NCBI GenBank assembly: GCA_031551405.1
Contig: JAVBNQ010000005.1
Coordinates: 99,992 to 163,991, forward strand
Source of the DNA: a bacterium
GTDB taxonomy: Bacteria; RUG730
Direction of reading: 5' to 3'
Length of the DNA stretch: 64,000 nt
Made by a program: the position numbers and the translations under genes. This document shows positions 1-8,433 of this stretch, piece by piece. The notes under the pieces are model-generated. The model saw nothing but the letters and a program-made list of their open reading frames with translations, was not told the DNA's origin and made no database searches. Within the stretch, counting starts at the first letter, position 1; each line of letters opens with the position of its first letter.

Positions 1-2
1 AA

Positions 3-155
3 CTTTTGTACGAGGATAAAATCAGTATAAAAGGCGTAAAAAAAATTTTATCCGGCAAAAAAGACAAAACGCTTGAAGCAACAAATAAAGAACATTTTTT
101 GATATTAGACGACATAAAAAAAGAAATCAAAAGTATTCTTAAATTACTAAAATGA
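3..155 (+). CDS. 3' end of a CDS entering from upstream of the window (last 50 codons only; possibly a MerR-type regulator tail)
   Basis: Frame 3 is open from the window edge to TGA at 153-155 (..LLYEDKISIKGVKKILSGKK..KLLK*). The stop overlaps the next ATG (ATGA). The family guess rests on this short tail only. Confidence 0.35.
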   Translation, partial: LLYEDKISIKGVKKILSGKKDKTLEATNKEHFLILDDIKKEIKSILKLLK

Positions 156-916
156 TTGTCGACGCACATTTGCATTTTGAGCTCAAAAATCCAGAAGAAA
201 TCGAAACTTTTCGTAAATTTTCACATAAAAACGAAATTTGTTATTTATTCAGTGTCTTAAACTTTGATTTTGCGTCTATAATTTCAAAAATTTCTGACAA
301 GAGATTCTTTTGTTTTTCTGGTATTCCTCCATTTTTTTTAGACGAAAATTTACAAAATTTAGAAAAATTAATCGAGCAAAACAAAAATTTGGGAATTAGC
401 GAAATTGGGCTGGATAAAAATTCAAAATTCGATATTTCTCACCAACTTGAATTTTTTTCAGCGCAACTTAAACTTGCATTCAAGTACAAAAGACCTTTTG
501 TTTTACATTGCGTCGGCAAATGGAATTTGATGCTTGAGAATTTGAAAAAATTCGATTGGGAAGAAGCAAAAATTCCGTTTTTAGCGCACAAATTTTACTC
601 ATCACGAGAAGTTCTAAACGAAATTCTAAGGCTCGGCGGCTACGTATCTTTTAACGAGATTGAATTTTCATTCAACATTAAAAAATTACAAGAACTAATC
701 GAGCTCACGCCACTCGACAAATTATTCCTCGAAACCGATGTTTTTTTTAACGACGAAATTACATTAAAAATTTTAGAAGCGCATAAAATAAAACTAAAAA
801 AATTTTACGAAAAAATTGCAGAAATCAAAAAAATTGATTCGTACGAATTAGAAAAAATTTTGTTTGAAAATTACAAAATATTCGTCGATAATTTAAAGTT
901 TAATGCAAAAAAATAA
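152..916 (+). CDS. tatD: TatD-family metal-dependent hydrolase/DNase
   Basis: 254-aa ORF with DAHLH at the N-terminus plus ISEIGLD, FVLHC and LETD motifs, collinear with the TatD family. Confidence 0.8.
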   Translation: MIVDAHLHFELKNPEEIETFRKFSHKNEICYLFSVLNFDFASIISKISDKRFFCFSGIPPFFLDENLQNLEKLIEQNKNLGISEIGLDKNSKFDISHQLEFFSAQLKLAFKYKRPFVLHCVGKWNLMLENLKKFDWEEAKIPFLAHKFYSSREVLNEILRLGGYVSFNEIEFSFNIKKLQELIELTPLDKLFLETDVFFNDEITLKILEAHKIKLKKFYEKIAEIKKIDSYELEKILFENYKIFVDNLKFNAKK

Positions 917-924
917 AAAATTAA

Positions 925-1623
925 ATGGACAGATTTTACAGAACCGAGCTTCTTCTCGGTAAAACGAATTTGGAAAAACTCAAAAAGTCACGGATTTTAA
1001 TTTTGGGTTTGGGAGGAGTCGGCGGGATTTCAGCGGAAATTCTAGCTAGAATAGGGATTATGCAGTTTTGCTTGGTTGATTTTGACGATTTCGACATAAC
1101 AAATTTGAATAGACAAATTCTCTCGACTAGCAAAAATGTCGGACAAAAAAAAGTTGACGTAGCGAGAGATAGGCTGCTCGCAATTGACCCAAATATCGAC
1201 GTAGAAATCTTTCCGAAATTTGTGGATGCCGCTAATATCGATAAATTTCTCGAGAAAAAAGTCGACTTTGTCATAGACGCGATCGATTCTGTAAAACAAA
1301 AAGTTGACATTATCGAATATCTCACAAAAAATCGCGTAAAATTCGTCTCATCGATGGGAGCAGGATTCCGAACGGATCCTTTTTGCGTGAAAGTCGGAAA
1401 TATTTTTGACACGAAAAATTGCAGGCTGTCTCGTTATATCCGCAAAAATTTAAAAAAACGCGGGATTAATGACGAACTTCCTTGTGTTTATTCCGACGAA
1501 CAAAACGTAAAAATAAATAAAAACCGTAATTCTGAAATCGGAAGTTTAGCGACGATTACAAACATTTTTGGGATTATTTTGGCAGATTACGTCATAAAAT
1601 CGATCATAACCGACACAATTTAA
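925..1623 (+). CDS. tcdA: tRNA threonylcarbamoyladenosine dehydratase (ThiF/MoeB superfamily, TcdA/CsdL type)
   Basis: 232-aa ORF. The GLGGVGG Rossmann loop and the NLNRQ and DAIDS motifs are collinear with E. coli TcdA. Confidence 0.75.
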   Translation: MDRFYRTELLLGKTNLEKLKKSRILILGLGGVGGISAEILARIGIMQFCLVDFDDFDITNLNRQILSTSKNVGQKKVDVARDRLLAIDPNIDVEIFPKFVDAANIDKFLEKKVDFVIDAIDSVKQKVDIIEYLTKNRVKFVSSMGAGFRTDPFCVKVGNIFDTKNCRLSRYIRKNLKKRGINDELPCVYSDEQNVKINKNRNSEIGSLATITNIFGIILADYVIKSIITDTI

Positions 1624-1635
1624 TTTCATAAAATT

Positions 1636-2514
1636 TTGAAAATTGGGATTTCAATGCGAATACTAAAACCTCACGAAATCGAGGCAAAAATTTATCAGAA
1701 TATTCTCGATGCAAACTTAAGTTTGGACGAAAACATCAAAAAACATATTCAAAATTCTGCAATAAATCAAGACGAAAAACATCAAAAATTCATAAATTAT
1801 ATACTGAAAAACTGCGAAATCGCTGAAAAACAAAAATTACCTATGTGCCAAGACACGGGAATTCTTGAAATTTTTGTTAAAATCGGAGCCAACGTTTTTT
1901 TAGATTTCTCTGAATCTTGCTACAAAAACTTCCAGGAATTTTTTGATAAAATCGCTGAAAAAGCATACTCTGACGGCTATTTTAGGAAATCTGTAGTTTA
2001 TGCTTTGTCTCGAGAAAACACAAAAACAAATACTCCTGTGCTCGTACATCTGGAGCAAACGCCCGGAGAAAAATTAGAAATTTACATAAATCCAAAGGGT
2101 TTTGGCTCAGAAAACATGACGAGCCTCAAAATGTTCAATCCTACCGCTGAACCGGAAGAAATCGTAAACTTTATCGTCGAACGAGTCAAAGCTGCAGGAG
2201 CAAATCCATGTCCTCCAATGTTTCTCGGAATAGGAATAGGTGGAACAAGTGAAATCGCGCTCACTCTTGCCAAAAAAGCTCAAATCGGAATTTTGGATTC
2301 TATCGTCGACTCAAATGATCAAAAAATTACGAATCTTTTAAAAAACGAAATTTTACAAAAAGCTAATTCTCTCAACATAGGTCCTTTTGGATTAGGTGGG
2401 GAAAATACCGTTTTGGATGTGAACATAAATGTTTGTCCTACGCATATTGCCGGACTTCCGGTTGCGGTCAGTATTTCATGCTGGTGCAATCGATATAAAA
2501 AAATCACGATTTAA
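1636..2514 (+). CDS. Class I (Fe-S) fumarate/tartrate hydratase, alpha subunit
   Basis: 292-aa ORF (TTG start in the track) with the LPMCQDTG and GIGIGGT motifs of the Fe-S hydro-lyase alpha domain. The beta partner lies far away at 47746-48273. Confidence 0.8.
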   Translation: MKIGISMRILKPHEIEAKIYQNILDANLSLDENIKKHIQNSAINQDEKHQKFINYILKNCEIAEKQKLPMCQDTGILEIFVKIGANVFLDFSESCYKNFQEFFDKIAEKAYSDGYFRKSVVYALSRENTKTNTPVLVHLEQTPGEKLEIYINPKGFGSENMTSLKMFNPTAEPEEIVNFIVERVKAAGANPCPPMFLGIGIGGTSEIALTLAKKAQIGILDSIVDSNDQKITNLLKNEILQKANSLNIGPFGLGGENTVLDVNINVCPTHIAGLPVAVSISCWCNRYKKITI

Positions 2515-2577
2515 CAAAAAAAAAGACTCATAAGAGCATAAACTCCTACGAGCCTTAAACAAATTTCAGGCATAATC

Positions 2578-2663
2578 TGCCGGGGGCCGGACTTGAACCG
2601 GCACAGATGTTGCCATCCGAGGGATTTTAAGTCCCTTGTGTCTACCAATTCCACCACCCCGGC
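2578..2663 (-). tRNA. tRNA-Leu (anticodon UAA)
   Basis: 86-nt cloverleaf read on the minus strand: acceptor GCCGGGG/CCCCGGC, T-arm GCCGGTTCAAGTCCGGC, long variable arm, anticodon loop CUUAAAA. CCA is not encoded. Confidence 0.9.
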
Positions 2664-2829
2664 AAAACACGCAAAAAAACATTGAATTTGACACAAAATT
2701 TTAAGTCACATTATATCAAATAAATTGAAAAAAACAATAAATTTGTTCTTATGACTTTTGTTAAAATTTCAATAAATTTTGCTTATGTTTTCATTTTAAA
2801 ACTTATTTTGCAAATTTTTTAAATATTTC

Positions 2830-2857
2830 TTTACAAGCAAATTTATCTATCTATAAT
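2830..2857 (+). promoter_or_regulatory. Putative sigma70-type promoter for the riboswitch/btu operon
   Basis: TTTACA (2830-2835), 16-nt spacer, TATAAT (2852-2857), just upstream of the riboswitch aptamer. Confidence 0.5.
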
Positions 2858-2869
2858 TAGCCTCGCAAA

Positions 2870-3000
2870 TCTAAATTCAACCATAAAATCGATATGATGG
2901 GAAAGCGCTGTTAAAATCAGCCACGGACGCGCCGCTGTGATGAAAATTTAGCATTATACGCTAAAATTTTCTAAGTCAGAATGCCAAATTATCAAATAAT
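2870..3000 (+). promoter_or_regulatory. Cobalamin (B12) riboswitch
   Basis: ATGGGAAAGCGCTGTTAAAATCAGCCACGGACGCGCCGCTGTGATG aligns almost block for block with the conserved core of the E. coli btuB leader (AGGGAAUCCAGUGCGAAUCUGGAGCUGACGCGCAGCGGUAAGG). A B12-box-like AAGTCAGAATGCC sits at 2973-2985. Cobalamin-type transporter genes lie directly downstream. The edges are approximate. Confidence 0.8.
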
Positions 3001-3035
3001 TTTTAAAAAAAATCCTTCGCGATTGAGGAGACATT

Positions 3036-4028
3036 TTGTACCGTAACTCATTCCTACCATTTTTTAAATCCAATAAATTTTTTATTATTAATTTCAGTAT
3101 TACTATTTTATTATTAATACTCGTTTTTTTTTACCTAATAACAGGGCTTGAACTAAAAAATTTTTCTGCTGAAAATGTGCGACAAATTCTTTTTTCTCTA
3201 CGTATTCCTAGACTAATTTTGGGAATTATCGTCGGATCTGGTCTTTCTATTTCCGGTGTCGTATTTCAAAGCATTTTACAAAATCCACTCGCCGAGCCGT
3301 ACACTCTCGGGATTTCCGGGATGGTAGTTTTGTGCGTGAATTTCAACCTTTTCGTCGAGCGTTTCTTCCGCCTCAATATTCCGAATTTTTTTTCAGCTAT
3401 TCTTGGCGCATTCCTTTCCACAACTATAATTTATAAAATCTTCTCGTCTAAAAAATTCTCCACCCCTCAAATCTTGTTGATCGGCATCACTCTGAACGTA
3501 GTTTCCCTCGCCATTGTCGAATTCATATCGAATTTCCTCGATTTCAAAAATCTTTATGCGTCGAAATCATGGCTTATAGGGAACTTATCGTCAGAAATTG
3601 ATATGACTTTTTACGTCATGGTTTTCTTGATATTTTGGCTTTTCTATTTTTTTTACAAAAAATCCCATGTTTTGGATATTTTGAGCTTAGGAGAAAAACA
3701 TGCGATTTATCTCGGAATAAACGTAAAATCTGAACAAAAAAATTTATTTTTGCTAGCTTCAATTCTCGTGGGATTTTGCGCAGCACAAACAGGAATTATT
3801 GGTTTTGTTGGACTCATGATTCCACATCTTTCGAGACAACTCGTCGGATACCAAAACAAAAATGTGATTATCACTAGCGCTTTGCTCGGCGCGACTTATT
3901 TGCTGGCGTCGGATTTTATCGCAAAAACTATTTTTTATCCGCAAGAAATTCCGGTCGGAGTCATCACCGGATTTTTAGGTGGAATATTTTTCGCTGCGAT
4001 CCTCATAAAACGAGGCAAATATGAATAA
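3036..4028 (+). CDS. FecCD-family ABC permease (BtuC-like, cobalamin/siderophore type)
   Basis: 330-aa polytopic membrane ORF (TTG start preceded by GAGGAG). FecCD/BtuC-type motifs include NPLAEPYTLGISG and the C-terminal PVGVITGFLGGIFF. Confidence 0.8.
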   Translation: MYRNSFLPFFKSNKFFIINFSITILLLILVFFYLITGLELKNFSAENVRQILFSLRIPRLILGIIVGSGLSISGVVFQSILQNPLAEPYTLGISGMVVLCVNFNLFVERFFRLNIPNFFSAILGAFLSTTIIYKIFSSKKFSTPQILLIGITLNVVSLAIVEFISNFLDFKNLYASKSWLIGNLSSEIDMTFYVMVFLIFWLFYFFYKKSHVLDILSLGEKHAIYLGINVKSEQKNLFLLASILVGFCAAQTGIIGFVGLMIPHLSRQLVGYQNKNVIITSALLGATYLLASDFIAKTIFYPQEIPVGVITGFLGGIFFAAILIKRGKYE

Positions 4029-4782
4029 TGTTGTTTTTAATTTCAAAAGCCTAACTGCGGGTTATCACAACCAGCAAATTCTAAAAAATTTTAGTCTTGA
4101 TTTACAAAAACAAGAACTTGTTGCGATCCTCGGGCCAAACGGCTCCGGAAAAAGTACAATCATAAATTCTATTTTTGGTTTAACGAAAATTTTTGCCGGT
4201 GAAATTTTTTTTGAAGGCGCAAATTTAACAAATTTCGAGCCAAAAATTTTAACAAAAAACATAGCAGCCGTTCCACAAATCGCGAGCATTTCCTACAATT
4301 TTTTGGCTAAAGATTTTTTAAAGTTTGGAATTTTACCAATTCAAAATATTTTATCTCGATACGAACTCATTGAAATTGAACAGCAAACGGATTTTATTAT
4401 CGATTTTTTTGATTTAAAATGCATTTTAAAAAAACCTATTCTCGAGCTTTCGAGTGGTGAATTTCAACGGCTTTTGATATCTCAAAATTTAATCAAAAAT
4501 CCAAAAATAATTTTTTTAGATGAGCCGCTATCGCATCTAGACATAAAATTTCAGCTGCAAATTTTAAATTTTCTGACAAATCTCAAGAAAAAAAATATTA
4601 CGATTGTGATGGTTATTCACGATTTGCATTTGGCTTACAAATTTTTCGATAGATTTATTTTTCTGAAACTGGGAGAAACACATTCGGATTTGCGAAAAAA
4701 AGACTCTAATACGCAAATTTTCAAAAAAATTATCAAAGAGGTTTATGAAATTGAAGAGACTCAAAACGACTTTTTTTATTAA
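4021..4782 (+). CDS. ABC transporter ATP-binding protein (BtuD/FepC-like)
   Basis: Walker A GPNGSGKST, signature LSSGEFQR, Walker B IIFLDEPLSHLD. The start overlaps the permease stop. Confidence 0.85.
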   Translation: MNNVVFNFKSLTAGYHNQQILKNFSLDLQKQELVAILGPNGSGKSTIINSIFGLTKIFAGEIFFEGANLTNFEPKILTKNIAAVPQIASISYNFLAKDFLKFGILPIQNILSRYELIEIEQQTDFIIDFFDLKCILKKPILELSSGEFQRLLISQNLIKNPKIIFLDEPLSHLDIKFQLQILNFLTNLKKKNITIVMVIHDLHLAYKFFDRFIFLKLGETHSDLRKKDSNTQIFKKIIKEVYEIEETQNDFFY

Positions 4783-6652
4783 ATTAATTTTGATTTTACT
4801 TGTTTTCAAGACGCAAAATCTTTTTTGTGAAATTCTTTCGTTTACAAAAGATATTTTTGTCGAAGAATCGCTCGATGCCAAAAATGAGTTTTTGCCAAAA
4901 CTCACAACTTTCTCGAGTTTAAATAGTACGACAACAAAAATCATTAAACAAAAAAAACTGGAACAATCAGGCTACAAAAATTTAGGCGAAATTCTCAAAT
5001 TTGAAAGTGGAATCACAGAAGCAACCGATGAGGATTTTGGAGTTGCGAAAAGCGTGAGATTTCGAGGATTGTCCTCAAATTATTCGCTAATTTTAGTCGA
5101 CGGCATTCCGATGAATTCTCCGAGTTTAGGTGGTGCGGACCCGAATTTTTTAAGTCCTGACGTTATCGAGAAGGTCGAAATAATAAAAGGCGGAAATTCG
5201 GTTGAATTCGGCTCGGGCGGCGTTGGCGGCATCGTCAACATCATCACGAAATCCGGGTCACAAAAACCGCGAGATTTCAACGCGAAAATTGACGTTGGGA
5301 GTAATGAATACAAACACTTAAATTTGAACGGAAGTTATGGCTTAGAGTCGCAAAGCAACGAAAAAAATTTAGCGCTGATCTCTAGTTTTGACACAGCAAC
5401 TTCAGACGGTTTTCGAGAAAACAGCGACTACAAAAAAACAAATTTTTTCCTAAAAACCGAAAATAAAATCGATAAAACAAAAAAAGTACAGGTAAGCTAT
5501 TTTTACGACGAATCAAAACTTGGACTCCCTGGAATGAGCATCGTGAAACTCGAAGACTATGACGGAAAATCCGAAAAAAAAGCACTTACTCCAAACAATC
5601 GCTTGAACTCAAAAGGAAATTTGATGCAAATGACTTATTCTTCAGAGCAGGAAAATCTGGCTTTTGAAATGAAATTTTATGGCAAAGTCTACGAAAAAAA
5701 CGACATTGATCCTGACGTTAATAAAAACGATTTTTTCCAGGATTTTACTGTAGGCGCTAAGCTAAAACTTTTAAATTCTAAAGGATTTTTATTTGGCTAT
5801 GAATTTGAATACGACGAATCAAATTATAAAAACAGCTCACTAAAAACCACAATTTATGATTATTCGCGAGGGATTCATTCGTTTTACTTACAAAAAATTT
5901 TTAAAATGCAAAATTGGGAAAATAGCTTTGGCGTTCGATACGATTACAATAAATTATTTGGCGAAAATTTTACACCAAAATTTTCGAGTATTTACAATTT
6001 TTCTGACGATATTTCTGTTTATTTGAATCTTTCGAAATTTTTTCGGATGTTGTCGTTCTCAGAAATTTATTACACGAACAACAATCTAAACTACAAATTT
6101 GAAGACGGATACGGTTTTGACGTCGGAGGAAACTTTGAATTAACGAAAAATTTGAAATTTCACGCGAATTATTTTCTACAAAAAATTAACAATAAAATCT
6201 CCTGGCTCGACTGGAATAATCCTAAACAAATGAAAATCGGAGAATCAAATGGATTTGAGACGAGCATTGAGCTAAAAACAGGGATTTTGGAGCATTCGAT
6301 TTGCTACAATTATTTGGTGGCGAGGACGAAAGAGGACGAGAAAAGTAAGTTTGGGGCAGAGGCGTATGCTCCGTACAATAAAATTACTTACATGCTTTTA
6401 ATCGACGAGAATGATTATTTTTGTGCGAGTTCAGCTTTAAATTACGTCGGAAAACAAACTTGGGAGGATAGTTTTGGAAAATATAGTTTAGATGAAATTT
6501 TTACGCTGGATTTTAATGTCACAAAAAACTTAAAATATTTCGAACTTTTTGCGAGCGTAAAAAATGTTTTTGACGAGAAATATGAGACGAGACTTGGTTA
6601 TCCAATGCCTGGACGAACATATTTTGCCGGTCTAAAGTTCAAATTAGCTTAA
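4745..6652 (+). CDS. TonB-dependent outer-membrane receptor (BtuB-like by context)
   Basis: 635 aa with a signal peptide, plug-domain motifs (VRFRGLSS..LILVDGIPMNSP, GGIVNIITK) and the C-terminal barrel ending GRTYFAGLKFKLA. It shares an operon with the riboswitch-controlled ABC genes. Confidence 0.85.
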   Translation: MKLKRLKTTFFIKLILILLVFKTQNLFCEILSFTKDIFVEESLDAKNEFLPKLTTFSSLNSTTTKIIKQKKLEQSGYKNLGEILKFESGITEATDEDFGVAKSVRFRGLSSNYSLILVDGIPMNSPSLGGADPNFLSPDVIEKVEIIKGGNSVEFGSGGVGGIVNIITKSGSQKPRDFNAKIDVGSNEYKHLNLNGSYGLESQSNEKNLALISSFDTATSDGFRENSDYKKTNFFLKTENKIDKTKKVQVSYFYDESKLGLPGMSIVKLEDYDGKSEKKALTPNNRLNSKGNLMQMTYSSEQENLAFEMKFYGKVYEKNDIDPDVNKNDFFQDFTVGAKLKLLNSKGFLFGYEFEYDESNYKNSSLKTTIYDYSRGIHSFYLQKIFKMQNWENSFGVRYDYNKLFGENFTPKFSSIYNFSDDISVYLNLSKFFRMLSFSEIYYTNNNLNYKFEDGYGFDVGGNFELTKNLKFHANYFLQKINNKISWLDWNNPKQMKIGESNGFETSIELKTGILEHSICYNYLVARTKEDEKSKFGAEAYAPYNKITYMLLIDENDYFCASSALNYVGKQTWEDSFGKYSLDEIFTLDFNVTKNLKYFELFASVKNVFDEKYETRLGYPMPGRTYFAGLKFKLA

Positions 6653-6714
6653 AAACTTAAAATAAAAAAAAGCCTGCCGGAATTAACCAACAAGCTTTAA
6701 TTTTTATTTTAAAC

Positions 6715-6787
6715 AGCCGATGAGAGGACTTGAACCTCCGACCTACTCATTACGAATGAGCCGCTCTACCAACTGAGCTACATCGGC
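6715..6787 (-). tRNA. tRNA-Thr (anticodon CGU)
   Basis: 73-nt cloverleaf on the minus strand: GCCGATG acceptor, D-arm AGCTCAGTTGGTAGAGC, anticodon loop UUCGUAA, T-arm GGAGGTTCAAGTCCTC. Confidence 0.9.
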
Positions 6788-6853
6788 GCTAAGCAAATTT
6801 TTTTGTTGCAGGATTTTAGCATAATTATATTTTTTGTCAAAAATTTTCTGCGA

Positions 6854-7465
6854 TCATTTTGGCTGGAAATATAAATTTATTTTGATTTGAATTTCATTGG
6901 GCATCGAGTCCGGCATTTTATCAAACGGCATCGCCTTTAAAACTGCATCCAAAGCTGCATTATTCAGTTTTTTTAAATTTGATTTCCTAGTTATTTTAAT
7001 ACGAGAAACAACTCCATTTTTATCAACAATAAATTCTAAGCTTACAAAATCCTCATACTTTTTTTTAAGATCTAATTTTGGATAAAATTTGTTTGCGTCT
7101 ATTTTCCTGTAAATATTTTCAATATAAGCATTTAAGTTTTTGCTAGAATCGCTCGCTATTATTGCTTCATCTAGTGTATTTTTTTCATCTTCGGAATTTT
7201 CTAAGGAAATTATTTTTTTTGCAGAATCTACACTTGACAATTTTCTGTCTTTTTCCTTTGCAGTAACTTTACTGCCAGAAAAAAGTTTTTCAGAAAATTT
7301 TGGTTTCGATGTAAATGTTTGTTTATCAATTTCTACGAGTTGAAATTCCAAAAAAACATTTTTCATAGAATTTTCTGTTCTATGCGCTATAATAAATATC
7401 AAAAATATTAATAAATGAACGATGCAGGAACTAAAAAAACTCAAAATATATCTTTTTTTATCCAT
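6854..7465 (-). CDS. TonB-like energy transducer (N-terminal anchor plus TonB C-terminal domain)
   Basis: 203 aa. It has one N-terminal TM helix. The C-terminal about 80 aa (YPKL..FVSLEFIVDKNGVVSRIKITRKS..LNNAALDAVLKAMPF) fit the TonB_C fold. The linker is Ser/Lys/Glu-rich rather than Pro-rich. Confidence 0.65.
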   Translation of the reverse strand: MDKKRYILSFFSSCIVHLLIFLIFIIAHRTENSMKNVFLEFQLVEIDKQTFTSKPKFSEKLFSGSKVTAKEKDRKLSSVDSAKKIISLENSEDEKNTLDEAIIASDSSKNLNAYIENIYRKIDANKFYPKLDLKKKYEDFVSLEFIVDKNGVVSRIKITRKSNLKKLNNAALDAVLKAMPFDKMPDSMPNEIQIKINLYFQPK

Positions 7466-7482
7466 ACAAAAAACTCTTGTAT

Positions 7483-7519
7483 ATAAAAAAATAGACTGCG
7501 CTAAAAAACGCAGCCTATT
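7483..7519 (-). terminator. Rho-independent terminator downstream of the RRM gene
   Basis: The minus strand reads ATAGGCTGCG-TTTTTTAG-CGCAGTCTAT (10-bp stem with one G.U) followed by TTTTTTA, about 30 nt after the stop at 7548. Confidence 0.7.
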
Positions 7520-7547
7520 TTAAATTTACTGGATTTAAATTTTAAGA

Positions 7548-7796
7548 CTATTCTCTATTTTGTTGAGGTCTAGCGAAATCTATTCTTAAAGTTCTTCCTT
7601 TGAAATCCTTTCCGTTCAATTCGTTTTTTGCTCTTTCTGCATCGCTTTCACTCGCCATATCGACGAATCCGAAACCTTTCCCTTCGATAATTTTAGCGTA
7701 TTTTACCTCGCCAAATGGAGCGAATAGATCCTTTAGCTCAGCGAAATTGACTGAGTAATTCAAATTCCCTACGTATAATTTACTGTTGTTTTGCAT
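7548..7796 (-). CDS. RNA-binding protein with a single RRM (RNP-type) domain
   Basis: 82 aa with RNP-2 LYVGNL and RNP-1 KGFGFVDM. Confidence 0.85.
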   Translation of the reverse strand: MQNNSKLYVGNLNYSVNFAELKDLFAPFGEVKYAKIIEGKGFGFVDMASESDAERAKNELNGKDFKGRTLRIDFARPQQNRE

Positions 7797-7925
7797 GTTT
7801 TCCTCCTTATATTTTTATATTCTGGAGAAAAATGCAAATGAAACTCCACAATATAATACACAAAAATACTTTCCTTTTAAAAAAATATTTCTGTTTTAAA
7901 AACTATATATTTTAAATTTTTGTAA

Positions 7926-7998
7926 AGCCTAGGATAGGACTTGAACCTACAACCTGAGGTTTACAAAACCCCTGCTCTGCCAATTGAGCTACCTAGGC
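7926..7998 (-). tRNA. tRNA-Thr (anticodon UGU)
   Basis: 73-nt cloverleaf on the minus strand: GCCTAGG acceptor, anticodon loop UUUGUAA, T-arm GTAGGTTCAAGTCCTAT. Confidence 0.88.
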
Positions 7999-8265
7999 AA
8001 TATCCAAAATTACAAGCCTAAAAACCTGTCGAAAATTCTTGCCAATTTTGTGGTAGGCTGAATTAAATTTTCATATATTTACGATAATTTATTAAAAAAG
8101 TCAAATTATTTTTACTACATTTCTGCCAGTCTAAATTTATAGATTTTTTCACAATAACAAAAATTATCTAAAGTAACAAAAAATACAAAACTTCCAAATG
8201 TACTCAGTTTTTATGCTTTTTATATTAGACAAAACTAACAATATTAGGTTAAACTAAAAAAATAC

Positions 8266-8294
8266 TTGCAAATTTTTAGAAAACTTATTATTTT
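8266..8294 (+). promoter_or_regulatory. Putative sigma70-type promoter for the porin-like gene
   Basis: TTGCAA (8266-8271), 17-nt spacer, TATTTT (8289-8294). This would give a leader of about 130 nt. AT-rich background makes chance matches likely. Confidence 0.35.
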
Positions 8295-8433
8295 ACAACC
8301 TAACTTTAAACTTCATAAAAAAATTCTATTTCAAATGTTAGATACAACTAATATTTATAAAATATAAACTTACATAAGGAGGCTTTTAAATTTTCTATTT
8401 CAGATAAATTAATTAAAAGGAGAAAAATATAAA

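Noticed and set aside
2511-2696. 61-aa minus-strand ORF
   Set aside because: It is entirely explained by tRNA-Leu(UAA) and its flanks; the ORF reads through the tRNA.
6653-6714. Terminator after the TonB-dependent receptor gene (AAAGCCTG..CAAGCTTT)
   Set aside because: The 8-bp stem has an internal mismatch and an 11-nt loop. It is too weak to call by eye.
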